The notes beneath the pieces were generated by a model, which saw nothing but the letters and a program-made list of their open reading frames with translations, was not told the origin of the DNA and did not search any database. This document shows, in pieces, positions 17,854 through 27,201 of a stretch of DNA of 32,000 nt (positions are counted from its first letter, which is position 1; each line of letters begins with the position of its first letter). Position numbers and translations under genes: made by a program. Source of the stretch: Pandoraea vervacti. Lineage in GTDB: Bacteria > Pseudomonadota > Gammaproteobacteria > Burkholderiales > Burkholderiaceae. The stretch lies in NCBI RefSeq assembly GCF_000934605.2, contig NZ_CP010897.2, positions 3,084,437-3,116,436 of the forward strand. The letters run 5' to 3'.

Positions 17854-19622
17854 CCCACGACGTCGGCCAAGGCGTGTCGAATCCGCCCTTCTCCCCGTGC
17901 GTGCTGATCCCTGTGTACAACCATCCGGCGCACATCGGGGGCATCGTCGAGGCCCTGATCGGGCTAGGGTTGGCCGTGCTGCTGGTCGATGACGGAAGCG
18001 AAGCGCACACGCGCGCCGTGCTCGAAGACATTCGGGCCAAACATGGCGCCTTCGTCACGCTCGAGCGCCTGCCAGGCAACCTGGGTAAAGGCGGCGCCGT
18101 TTCCCACGGACTGCGCAGAGCCCACGCATTGGGCTTCTCGCACGCGCTGCAGGTCGACGCCGACGGGCAACACAATCTTGCCGATGTCACAGCATTTCTT
18201 GACGATGCCCGACAACGCCCGGAAGCCGTCATTTGCGGAACACCGCATTACGACGCATCCGTTCCGAAAGGCCGGCTGTACGGACGCTACATCACGCACT
18301 TCTGGGTATGGATCGAAACACTGTCCTTCGAGATCGTCGATTCGATGTGCGGCTTTCGCGTCTACCCGTTGGCTGCCACCGCCGCCCTGCTCGCACGCCA
18401 TCAACCACCGTCGCGCATGGCGTTCGACACCGATATTCTGGTCCGTCTCTACTGGCAAGGCGTGCCCATTCATAACAGGCGCACGCGTGTCGTGTATCCC
18501 AAGGACGGGGTCTCGCATTTTCAGATGTTCCGCGACAATGTGGGCATTTCGCTGATGCACACGCGACTGGTATGCGGCATGATTGCCCGCGCTCCGGCAC
18601 TGTTACGGCGAAAATACCGCCCGCAGCACGGCACGCAGACATCGCAGACAACATCGACAGGCAACGCCCTCGCGCCTTCCGAAGCCCATGGCCCGTTGCC
18701 ATGGTGGCGTCGCCCCGAACGGGGCAGTTTGCTGGGTATGCGCGTTCTGGCGTTCGCCTGCCGCTGCCTCGGGTTGCGCGCGGCACGCGCTTGCCTCGTG
18801 CCCGTGGTCGCCTACTTTGCACTGAAAGATTCGCAGGCACGCAGCGCTTCACGCGATTATCAGCAGCGTCTGCGAGATACCACGCCGGAAATCGCGCTCC
18901 CCGAACCGACCTTCCGGCAGACCTTCCGGCATTTGCTCTCGTTTGCCAACGCTGCGCTCGACAAGTTCGCCGCGTGGAGCGGGTTGCTCAACGAACGCCA
19001 CGTGTACGTCGAAGATCAACAGACGCTGGACGCGGCCGCCAACGATTCGCGCGGCGCGCTCGTCATCGGGTCTCATCTGGGCAATCTGGAGATGACCCGC
19101 GCACTGGCCCGCTCGCGCGGTATCGACCGCATTCACGCTGTCGTCTACACCCGCCACGCGCAGCGCTTTCGCACGATGCTTGCCAGCGCAAACAGCGATT
19201 TCGCCGACAACCTGATCGAAGTGGACGACATCGGCCCGGCCACGGCCATCATGCTGCGCGAGCGTGTCGACCGGGGCGACTGGCTGGTCATCGTCGGTGA
19301 TCGCGTGCCATCCAGCGAGAACGGACGGGTCGTTCAGGTTCCGTTCCTCGGGGCTCCGGCCCCTTTCGCTCAGGGCCCGTTCATTCTCGCCTCATTGCTC
19401 GAATGTCCCGTCTATCTGCTGTTTTGCCTGCACGATAAAGTGGCCTACCGGTTGTACTTCGAGCCGTTCGCCGATGTCGTGACTTTGCCGCGCGCAAAAC
19501 GCGAAGCCGCAATATTGACCTATGCCGAGCGTTACGCGAGACGCCTTGAGCACTACTGCCGGCGGTATCCAATGCAGTGGTTCAACTTTTTCGATTTCTG
19601 GCGCGGCAGACCGCCGCTGTGA
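17850..19622 (+). CDS. apeJ: bifunctional glycosyltransferase family 2 / LpxL(HtrB)-type acyltransferase
   Basis: ATG 17850 (ATGA overlap). N-terminal half: VLIPVYNH...LLVDDGS...LQVDADGQH (GT2). C-terminal half: ALVIGSHLGNLE (Hx4E/D), WLVIVGDR and FLGAPAPFAQGPFILA, resembling lipid A late acyltransferases. Confidence 0.75.
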   Translation: MTHDVGQGVSNPPFSPCVLIPVYNHPAHIGGIVEALIGLGLAVLLVDDGSEAHTRAVLEDIRAKHGAFVTLERLPGNLGKGGAVSHGLRRAHALGFSHALQVDADGQHNLADVTAFLDDARQRPEAVICGTPHYDASVPKGRLYGRYITHFWVWIETLSFEIVDSMCGFRVYPLAATAALLARHQPPSRMAFDTDILVRLYWQGVPIHNRRTRVVYPKDGVSHFQMFRDNVGISLMHTRLVCGMIARAPALLRRKYRPQHGTQTSQTTSTGNALAPSEAHGPLPWWRRPERGSLLGMRVLAFACRCLGLRAARACLVPVVAYFALKDSQARSASRDYQQRLRDTTPEIALPEPTFRQTFRHLLSFANAALDKFAAWSGLLNERHVYVEDQQTLDAAANDSRGALVIGSHLGNLEMTRALARSRGIDRIHAVVYTRHAQRFRTMLASANSDFADNLIEVDDIGPATAIMLRERVDRGDWLVIVGDRVPSSENGRVVQVPFLGAPAPFAQGPFILASLLECPVYLLFCLHDKVAYRLYFEPFADVVTLPRAKREAAILTYAERYARRLEHYCRRYPMQWFNFFDFWRGRPPL

Positions 19623-19624
19623 CC

Positions 19625-21262
19625 ATGCAACTTCCGATTTCCCTTACCCGCCCCCACGAGGGCATCGGTATCCCGGCAACCCCTGCCCTTGACATCGGGC
19701 GGGTCGACGACGGTGGTCAACGCACCGCCATGGCCGCCGTCGTCTTCGGCAACGCACGGCTGCGCATCGAGGACATTGTCGAGATCTCGCGACGCACCCG
19801 CGTAGCGCGCCTGTCGACCGACCCCGCGTGGCAAGCCCGCATACGCCGCGGCGTCGAGGCTTTGCAAGCGCATCTTCGCGCCGGATATCCGGTGTATGGC
19901 GTCACAACCGGGTACGGCGACGCTTGCGTCGTCGACGTTCCTATGGCGCTCGTCGAGGCGCTACCGGCGCAGTTGACTCGCTATCATGGCTGCGGCATGG
20001 GCGATTGGCTCGACGACGAAGCCGTGCGGGCGGTCCTGGCTTGCCGGCTCGCTTCTCTGGTCCAGGGGTACTCGGCGGTGCGACCGGCGCTGCTCGCTTC
20101 GCTGGTTCACCTGCTCGAGCACGACATCCTGCCGCGCATTCCATCGGAGGGGTCCGTAGGCGCCAGCGGGGATCTCACGCCGTTGTCGTATGTGGCCGCC
20201 ACGCTGATCGGCGAACGCGATGTTAAGTACGGCGGCCGCATCTGCTCAGCCACCGAAGCGTTGGCTGCCACTGCCGGTTCGCCAATCGTGCTCGCCCCCA
20301 AAGAGGGGCTCGCGCTGATGAACGGCACGGCGGTGATGACTGCGCTGGCAAGCCTGGCCTTTGCGAGAAGCCGGTCGCTGGCGCGTCTGGCATCTCGACT
20401 GACCGCCTTGACGACTATCGCGCTGGATGGCCGTGCAGCGCACTTTCATCCAACGCTTTTCGAAGCCAAACCGCATCAAGGCCAGTCCGACGCCGCACGC
20501 TGGATCCGTGAAGATCTGACGGGACGTACCGAGCCGACGGAGGCTCGCCTTCAGGACCGCTACTCGCTTCGTTGCGCACCGCATGTCGTTGGGGTGCTGG
20601 TCGACGCGCTGAGCTGGATCCGGCGCGACGTCGAAAATGAAATCAACAGCGCAAACGATAACCCGCTCATCGATCCGGATACGGCAGAGGTCCATCACGG
20701 TGGCAACTTTTACGGCGGCCACATCGCCTTCGCGATGGACAGCCTGAAGGCTGCCGTGGCCAACATCGCCGACCTGATGGACCGGCAGTTGGCGCTACTC
20801 GTCGACGATAAGTTCAACAACGGCCTGCCGCGCAATCTCAGCGGTGCGACCGGGCCGCGTGCGCCCATCAATCACGGCTTCAAAGCCGTGCAGATCGGCG
20901 CATCGGCCTGGGCCGCCGAGGCGCTGAAGCACACGATGCCCGCGAGTGTTTTTTCCCGCTCGACCGAATCGCACAATCAGGACAAGGTCAGCATGGGCAC
21001 GATCGCCGCGCGGGATTGTCTTCGCGTGCTCATGCTCACCGAGCAGGTGGCGGCCGCGCACACGCTCGCCGCCGCACAGGCCGTGCGGTTGCGGGCGCGT
21101 CTTTCGCCTGGCTGCGCCCCCTTATCCGACGCCGTGCGCGAGTGGCTCGATGCGGTGGCCGAGCGCTCCCCGTTTGTCGAAGAAGACCGGGCCCTTGAGC
21201 ACGAGTTGCGTGCGGTTCGCGCATGGCTCGCCGACGGAGCGGATTTGCCCGATGAAGTGTGA
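19625..21262 (+). CDS. MIO-dependent aromatic amino acid ammonia-lyase (HAL/PAL/TAL family)
   Basis: GSVGASGDLTPLSYVAA with the Ala-Ser-Gly MIO triad at 20162-20170. Also YGVTTGYG, NDNPLID and HNQDKVSMG. Starting at 19625 leaves a 2-nt gap after apeJ; an alternative ATG at 19730 (MAAVVFGN) would remove a 35-aa extension. Confidence 0.85.
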   Translation: MQLPISLTRPHEGIGIPATPALDIGRVDDGGQRTAMAAVVFGNARLRIEDIVEISRRTRVARLSTDPAWQARIRRGVEALQAHLRAGYPVYGVTTGYGDACVVDVPMALVEALPAQLTRYHGCGMGDWLDDEAVRAVLACRLASLVQGYSAVRPALLASLVHLLEHDILPRIPSEGSVGASGDLTPLSYVAATLIGERDVKYGGRICSATEALAATAGSPIVLAPKEGLALMNGTAVMTALASLAFARSRSLARLASRLTALTTIALDGRAAHFHPTLFEAKPHQGQSDAARWIREDLTGRTEPTEARLQDRYSLRCAPHVVGVLVDALSWIRRDVENEINSANDNPLIDPDTAEVHHGGNFYGGHIAFAMDSLKAAVANIADLMDRQLALLVDDKFNNGLPRNLSGATGPRAPINHGFKAVQIGASAWAAEALKHTMPASVFSRSTESHNQDKVSMGTIAARDCLRVLMLTEQVAAAHTLAAAQAVRLRARLSPGCAPLSDAVREWLDAVAERSPFVEEDRALEHELRAVRAWLADGADLPDEV

Positions 21263-21710
21263 AATGAACGGACGATTTCCCGACAAGGCACCCTGGCTGG
21301 TGGCCGAGGCCGAGGTCGAAATTCCCTTCCATGACGTCGATGTCATGGAGGTCGCATGGCATGGCCATTACGTCAAGTACTTCGAAATCGCGCGCTGCGT
21401 GCTGTTGCGCCGGTTCGATTACGACTATCCGCAGATGCAGGCCTCGGGCTATCTGTGGCCCATCGTCGAGTGTCATCTCAAGTACGTTCGCCCGGCACGT
21501 TACGGCCAGCGCGTGCGCGTTACCGCGTCGCTCACCGAGTACGAAAATCGGCTGCGTATCGCGTACGAGATTCACGATATCGCTTCCCAGACACGATTGA
21601 CGCGAGGCTACACGACTCAGGTCGCGGTCGACGCCCGCAATGGTGAAATGCAGTTCGCAAGCCCGGCCGTAGTGCGCGAGAAACTGGAGGCCGCATGGGC
21701 CAACGGCTGA
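21252..21710 (+). CDS. apeK: hot-dog acyl-CoA/ACP thioesterase (4HBT/YbgC type)
   Basis: EIPFHDVDVMEVAWHGHYVKYFE, a catalytic-Asp region typical of 4HBT thioesterases. ATG 21252 overlaps the lyase stop (alternative 21264). The ORF-track start at 20946 is inside the lyase gene. Confidence 0.75.
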   Translation: MKCEMNGRFPDKAPWLVAEAEVEIPFHDVDVMEVAWHGHYVKYFEIARCVLLRRFDYDYPQMQASGYLWPIVECHLKYVRPARYGQRVRVTASLTEYENRLRIAYEIHDIASQTRLTRGYTTQVAVDARNGEMQFASPAVVREKLEAAWANG

Positions 21711-22378
21711 GGTCACGCATCCACGGATGGCTGTTGTCGGCTGTTGTGGCAGCCGTCGCGCTGGGTGCAACGCATGGGTTGCACGCGCAAATCGCATCGG
21801 CTCCGACGTCTTCCGCTGCCGACCTTGCGCTGCTCGAGCGCGTGCTGTCGCAGGTCGGGGCAAACGCCGTGGTCAAGGCCGAGTTTATTCAGACCCGAAC
21901 GTCCCCCCTTCTGGCGACGCCCGTCATTACACGGGGCACACTGGTCTTCGCGAGCGAGCTTGGCGTGATCTGGCAGGTCAGCGCACCGCAATGGCAAGGC
22001 TACGTCTACGGGCGCCAGCGCACCGCGCGGTTCGATGCCGACGGCAACGTGCTGTCGCGCGAAGCTCAGCCGTCCGCCCTTACGCACCAGATCAACGAAT
22101 GGGCGAGTGCGTTCACGCATGGCGACGTCAGCGGACTCGCGTCGCAATTCGCCATATCGGCGACCGGCACGACGAGTCGCTGGCAGGCCGTTCTCACGCC
22201 GTCGCAGCCACAAATCGCGCAGGCAATGCGACGTCTCACACTCACTGGCGATAACGTGGTGCGCACGGTCGTACTCGAGACCCAGCGGGGAGAATCGATC
22301 AGGTGGCAGTTCGATAAGGTGAAAACGTCCGAACCGCTGAACGCCCGTGAACGACGCCTGTTCAGAGCCGCGGAATGA
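21695..22378 (+). CDS. apeL: LolA-like periplasmic lipid/lipoprotein carrier protein
   Basis: Sec signal (LLSAVVAAVALGATHGLHA-Q). VKAEFIQTRTSPLLATPVITRGTLVFASELGVIWQV resembles the LolA/LolB-fold family pattern. Located immediately before the MMPL exporter. Confidence 0.6.
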   Translation: MGQRLRSRIHGWLLSAVVAAVALGATHGLHAQIASAPTSSAADLALLERVLSQVGANAVVKAEFIQTRTSPLLATPVITRGTLVFASELGVIWQVSAPQWQGYVYGRQRTARFDADGNVLSREAQPSALTHQINEWASAFTHGDVSGLASQFAISATGTTSRWQAVLTPSQPQIAQAMRRLTLTGDNVVRTVVLETQRGESIRWQFDKVKTSEPLNARERRLFRAAE

Positions 22379-24801
22379 CGCCATTCGCCCGAACGTTTCG
22401 CCGCGTGTTCGTCTGCGCTCTCGTCATCAGCCTGATATCGCTGATCGCGTGGCTGCTCGCGGTGCGTCACCTTCCGTTGCAGACCAACGTACTCTCGCTA
22501 CTGCCCGAGACGGAGCGCAATCCGGTTGCCGAACAGGCCGTGGAGCATTTGGCCAGCAGCGTCAGCGATCGTGTAGTCGTGCTGATCGGCGCCAATGACG
22601 CAAGTACCGCATACACGGCCGCCGCCCGATTCGAAACGTTGGCCCGCGCCAGCAACGCCTTCGCGAAGGTGCGCGCGAAGGTGCCGCCTGTCGATCTTGC
22701 GTTCCTGTCGAATTTCTATCTACCTCACCGGTTTGCGTTACTCACGCCGGGAGACCGCGCCGAACTGCAGTCACAGCTGCGACGCGCCGCGTCGGGCAGT
22801 CAGTCGCGAATGCCTGCGACGCTCGCCAGCTCACCGTTCAGTCTTACCAATCCCGCTGACGACCCGTTCGGGTGGCTGGACCACTGGCTGACACACCTGC
22901 CCTTTGGACAACTCCGTCTCCTGCCGGACCAAGGCTGGCTCACTGCGCGAGATAGGGGAAAAACGTGGGTCCTCGTGCTGATGCAAACGCAAGGTTCGGC
23001 GTTCGACACTTCGGTCCAGCAGCGCGTGCGGCGCGTGTTCGATCAGGCGACATCACAAATCGGGGACGCGTCGTCCGGGGTAGAGATCCTGCGCAGCGGT
23101 GCCGTGTTTCATGCCGCTGACGCCAGATCCCAGGCGGAGATGGAGCTGCACCGTATCGGCATCGTCGCGACGCTGGGCATTGCCGCCCTGATGCTGTGGG
23201 CATTTCGTTCCGGACGACTCCTCGTCATGGGGCTTGCCACGATAGCCTTCGGCACGCTGTGCGCGGCGCTCACGACGCTGGTGTTCTTCGGGGAATTACA
23301 CCTGCTAACGCTCGTTTTCGGCGCGGCACTGATCGGCGAGACCGTCGACTATGCAATCCAGTACTTCGTGGGTGTTGGTGGTCTGGCGCGTGATCAAGCG
23401 CAGCGCGCGTTGCCCGTTATCCGGCCCGCGCTTCGCATCGCCCTCGGAACGAGCGTGCTCGGCTACGCCATTCTGGGTGTCGTGCCGTTTCCCGCCTTAC
23501 GCCAGATCGCGGTGTTTGCGCTGGCTGGTCTGCTCTCGTCCTATGTCTTCGTCGTTTGGGCCTTGCCAGCCTTTCTGGGGCCAAAGGTCCCGCAACTACG
23601 TGGCGCGGTCATCGGGCTTGCGCAACGCTGGCTGCTTATCTGGCGCGGGACGCTCGCGGGTCGCAGAGGCGTTGTCGTGGGCATTGCGATCATCCTGGCG
23701 TGCCTGCCCGGCTGGGCGCGTTTGCATACGGACGACGACGTGCGCCATCTCATTTCACGCGATCCGTCACTCGTCGCTCAGGAACAGGTCATTTCGCGCA
23801 TCACCGGCATCGACGGCGCGACGCAGTTTTGGCTGGTTCAGGCTGACAGCGAGGAAGCGTTGCTGCGACGCGAAGAGCAGCTTGGGGCGCGTCTTGACGA
23901 AGCCACGGCACGCGAAGATGCCCCGATATCGGGCTGGACGGGAGTATCGCAGTTCGTCCCGTCCATGCAGCGACAGCTCGATGATCGGGCGCTCTTGGGT
24001 GCGACATATTTCGATGCGCCCGAAGCGCTGGCAAGCGAAATGATCCATGCCGGCTTCCGCCCCGATTTCGCCCGGCAATATGCGCAGGCATACCACAACG
24101 AAGGCGAGACGCCGCCGCTGCGCGTCGACCAGTGGCTTGCATGGCCCGGATCGGAACCGTTCCGCCCGCTCTGGATGGGAAGCATCGCCGCGCAGCGCGA
24201 CGCCGACACGGGCGCGCCCGGGTCCGACCAGTTTGCGAGCCTGACACGCCCGTCCGGACTTCGCGACAGTGCGCAAGCTGCACGTCTGGCCGATGGCCTG
24301 CCGGGCGTCACCTACGTCGACAAGGCCACGTCAATTTCCGCACTCTTCGCACGTTACCGTGTGGCAGCCATTCAATGGTTCGCCGCGGCACTGGTGATCG
24401 TCGCGATGCTGCTTGCCCGTCGTTACGGCTGGCGAGGCGCCATCGCCACCCTCTTGCCCACGATGCTCGCATGTGCAGCGGTGATTGCGACGTTCGGCTA
24501 TCTGGAATTGCCGATCACCTTGTTCGTACAAATGGGGTTGATGCTCGTCCTCGGCGTTGGCGTGAACTACGCCATTTTCCTGCGCGAAGGTGAGCTTCGC
24601 GCGGGTGAAGACGAACGCCAGGCCGCCATCGCCGTGGCTGGCACGCTCATGTCCGCCGCCACGACCCTGCTTTCCTTCGGGTTACTCGCCTTTAGCGGCA
24701 TGCCGAGCCTGCAGGCTTTCGGCCTGACGCTCACCATCGGTATTGCGCTGTCATTGCTGCTCGCGCCGTACAGCCTGCGTTTTCCGGAGCTTCGCCAATG
24801 A
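22375..24801 (+). CDS. apeM: MMPL/RND-superfamily membrane exporter
   Basis: 808 aa. Two blocks of hydrophobic helices are separated by large soluble loops. Contains GETVDYAIQYF. ATGA overlap with the LolA-like gene. Confidence 0.75.
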   Translation: MTPFARTFRRVFVCALVISLISLIAWLLAVRHLPLQTNVLSLLPETERNPVAEQAVEHLASSVSDRVVVLIGANDASTAYTAAARFETLARASNAFAKVRAKVPPVDLAFLSNFYLPHRFALLTPGDRAELQSQLRRAASGSQSRMPATLASSPFSLTNPADDPFGWLDHWLTHLPFGQLRLLPDQGWLTARDRGKTWVLVLMQTQGSAFDTSVQQRVRRVFDQATSQIGDASSGVEILRSGAVFHAADARSQAEMELHRIGIVATLGIAALMLWAFRSGRLLVMGLATIAFGTLCAALTTLVFFGELHLLTLVFGAALIGETVDYAIQYFVGVGGLARDQAQRALPVIRPALRIALGTSVLGYAILGVVPFPALRQIAVFALAGLLSSYVFVVWALPAFLGPKVPQLRGAVIGLAQRWLLIWRGTLAGRRGVVVGIAIILACLPGWARLHTDDDVRHLISRDPSLVAQEQVISRITGIDGATQFWLVQADSEEALLRREEQLGARLDEATAREDAPISGWTGVSQFVPSMQRQLDDRALLGATYFDAPEALASEMIHAGFRPDFARQYAQAYHNEGETPPLRVDQWLAWPGSEPFRPLWMGSIAAQRDADTGAPGSDQFASLTRPSGLRDSAQAARLADGLPGVTYVDKATSISALFARYRVAAIQWFAAALVIVAMLLARRYGWRGAIATLLPTMLACAAVIATFGYLELPITLFVQMGLMLVLGVGVNYAIFLREGELRAGEDERQAAIAVAGTLMSAATTLLSFGLLAFSGMPSLQAFGLTLTIGIALSLLLAPYSLRFPELRQ

Positions 24802-26003
24802 CGTCCCCCGTCCACCTTCACGGACTCGGCATGATCAATGCGTTGGGTCACGATTTGCCCGACATCGCTGAGCGGCTTTTTGCCGGCGACACGTCCGGCA
24901 TGCGCGTTCACGAGCATTGGCATCCGGTGCCGACGTCGCCTGCACCGATGGTGGGCGCCGTGCGTCTGGCCGATCATGAGCTTCCGTCGCTGCCCCGCGC
25001 CATGGGACGATACGATTGTCGCAACAACCGACTTCTCGTCGCTGCCGCCGAGCGCCTGCGACCGATTCTCGCTCGTCACGTTTCCCGGTACGGCGCGCGA
25101 CGCATCGGCGTCGTGATCGGCACCAGCACGTCCGGCATCGCCGAGGGCGGCACGGCGCTGCGCATGCACGCGTCCGACGGCGCGCTGCCTGCCGGGTACC
25201 ATTACCTGCAACAAGCCCTCGGCTCGCCGTCGAAATTCGTTGCCGAACTGCTGGGTGTCCAGGGTCCCGCCTACACCATTTCAACGGCCTGCACCTCGAG
25301 CGCAAAGGCCTTCGGCGCCGCACGACGACTGATCGACAGCGGCACTTGCGACGCCGTCGTCACCGGTGGCGCCGACACGTTGTGCGACCTCACGCTGGGT
25401 GGTTTCGGCGCGCTTGAATCGCTTTCCCGCAGCCTGACGCGCCCCATGAGCCCCAACCGCGACGGCATCAATATTGGCGAGGGAGCGATGCTCTGCCTGG
25501 TGTCGCACGAGCCAAGCGACATCGTTCTGTCCGGCATCGGAGACTCGAGCGATGCGCATCACATTTCGTCCCCCTCGCCGGACGGCAGCGGCGCAATCGC
25601 AGCCATGCGCGCAGCCCTCGACGACGCGGGTCTGTCTCCCGCCGATATCGAGTACGTGCATCTGCACGCGACCGGCACACCGAAAAACGATGCCATGGAG
25701 AGCCTCGCAACACACGCCTGCCTCGGGCCCGCCCCGTGGGCTAGCGGCACCAAGGCCATGACGGGCCATCTGCTCGGCGCGGCCGGCGCAACCGGTATTG
25801 GATTGTGCTGGCTGGCACTGGAGGACCGCGGACGCCTGCCGCCGCATGTCTCCGACGGGCAAACGGATCCGTCGCTCAGCCCGCTGCGCCTGGCGGCCGT
25901 GGGAACTTCGCTGGAACGCGCCCCCCGTCATGTCATGACCAACGCCTACGCATTCGGTGGCAATAACGTCAGCGTCATCCTTTCACGTGCGGGGGCGCAA
26001 TGA
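24798..26003 (+). CDS. apeO: beta-ketoacyl-ACP synthase (KS with Cys-His-His triad)
   Basis: YTISTACTSSAKAF (Cys), VHLHATGTPKNDAME (His), KAMTGHLLGAAG (His). ATGA overlap with the exporter stop. Confidence 0.85.
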   Translation: MTSPVHLHGLGMINALGHDLPDIAERLFAGDTSGMRVHEHWHPVPTSPAPMVGAVRLADHELPSLPRAMGRYDCRNNRLLVAAAERLRPILARHVSRYGARRIGVVIGTSTSGIAEGGTALRMHASDGALPAGYHYLQQALGSPSKFVAELLGVQGPAYTISTACTSSAKAFGAARRLIDSGTCDAVVTGGADTLCDLTLGGFGALESLSRSLTRPMSPNRDGINIGEGAMLCLVSHEPSDIVLSGIGDSSDAHHISSPSPDGSGAIAAMRAALDDAGLSPADIEYVHLHATGTPKNDAMESLATHACLGPAPWASGTKAMTGHLLGAAGATGIGLCWLALEDRGRLPPHVSDGQTDPSLSPLRLAAVGTSLERAPRHVMTNAYAFGGNNVSVILSRAGAQ

Positions 26004-26479
26004 CCGCAAACACCATCGTTTCCGAAAGCTGGCCACCCATTGACGAGCTCCTTCCGCATCGTCCGCCAATGCTGCTGGTCGATGAAGTGACCTCGCATAA
26101 CGCAACGTCCATCTGTGTTCGTGCCACGCCCGACGCCCATGCCTGGTACGCAGACGCACGAGGCGACATGCCGGTCCATATCGTCATCGAGTTGATGGCG
26201 CAGGCGATCGCAGCACATGAGGCGCTCACGCGACGGATGAGCGGCCTGCCTCCCGCCCCGGGCGTACTGCTCGGCACGCGCCGCCTGGAGGCAAGCGCTC
26301 CTTCCCTGCGCGGCGGCCGACCGGTGCTCGTTCACGCCGAATGCGTCTTGCGCGACGACGCGGGTAACGGCGCCTACGACTGCCGCATCGAGAGCGAAGG
26401 CCAGTCGATCGCCTCGGCCACCATCAAGGTTCATCAGCCAAACGATTTTTCGGCATTTTTGTTGGAGCAACTTACATGA
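26000..26479 (+). CDS. apeP: ApeP/FabZ-like hot-dog 3-hydroxyacyl-ACP dehydratase
   Basis: LPHRPPMLLVDEV and IELMAQAIAAH motifs; 159 aa; ATGA overlaps at both ends. Confidence 0.7.
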   Translation: MTANTIVSESWPPIDELLPHRPPMLLVDEVTSHNATSICVRATPDAHAWYADARGDMPVHIVIELMAQAIAAHEALTRRMSGLPPAPGVLLGTRRLEASAPSLRGGRPVLVHAECVLRDDAGNGAYDCRIESEGQSIASATIKVHQPNDFSAFLLEQLT

Positions 26480-27201
26480 CTCGCCGTGTTCTCGTCACCG
26501 GCAGCAGCCGGGGCATCGGGCGTGCGATTGCCTTGCGCCTCGCCCAAGATGGCTTCGCCGTCACCGTTCATTGTCGCGAGCAGGTCACCCCCGGCGAAGC
26601 CACCATGGCGGACATTCGCGCAGCAGGTGGCGCCGCCCATCTCCTGCAGTTCGACGTGCGCGACCGGCAAGGCTGCCGCAGCGCGCTCGAGGCCGACGTG
26701 GCTGCGCATGGCGCGTATTACGGGATCGTGTGCGGCGCGGGCATCACCCGCGACAATGCATTTCCCGCCCTGTCCGACGACGACTGGGACAGCGTGGTCG
26801 ATACGAGCCTCGACGGTTTCTTCAACGTTGTGCATCCGCTCACCATGCCCATGGTTCGTTTGCGGGCCGGCGGCCGAATCGTCACGGTGGCGTCGGTCTC
26901 CGGGGTCATGGGCAATCGCGGTCAAGTGAATTACAGCGCCGCCAAGGCGGGCCTGATCGGCGCAACAAAGGCGCTTTCGGTTGAGTTGGCATCGCGTCGA
27001 ATCACGGTCAATTGTGTTGCCCCGGGACTGGTCGATACCGGCATGCTCGAAGGTGTCGCGATGGACGAAGCATTGCGCATGGTTCCGATGAACCGCATCG
27101 GCACGCCGGATGAAGTCGCGCACGTCGTGTCGTTCCTGATGTCTGACGGAGCAAGTTACGTTACCCGTCAGGTGATTGGCGTAAATGGAGGGATCATCTG
27201 A
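26476..27201 (+). CDS. apeQ: 3-oxoacyl-ACP reductase (SDR, FabG-like)
   Basis: VLVTGSSRGIGRAIA (TGxxxGxG) and NYSAAKAGLIGATKAL (YxxxK); GGAG Shine-Dalgarno upstream. Confidence 0.9.
   Translation: MTRRVLVTGSSRGIGRAIALRLAQDGFAVTVHCREQVTPGEATMADIRAAGGAAHLLQFDVRDRQGCRSALEADVAAHGAYYGIVCGAGITRDNAFPALSDDDWDSVVDTSLDGFFNVVHPLTMPMVRLRAGGRIVTVASVSGVMGNRGQVNYSAAKAGLIGATKALSVELASRRITVNCVAPGLVDTGMLEGVAMDEALRMVPMNRIGTPDEVAHVVSFLMSDGASYVTRQVIGVNGGII

Noticed and set aside
19625-21262. Annotating the ammonia-lyase as hutH (histidine utilisation)
   Set aside because: No hutU/hutI/hutG/hutC neighbours are present and the gene is packed inside the PKS operon. The HAL-type QED motif appears replaced by NQDK. 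The Tyr-His dyad retains the HAL-like His, however, so HAL activity is not formally excluded.
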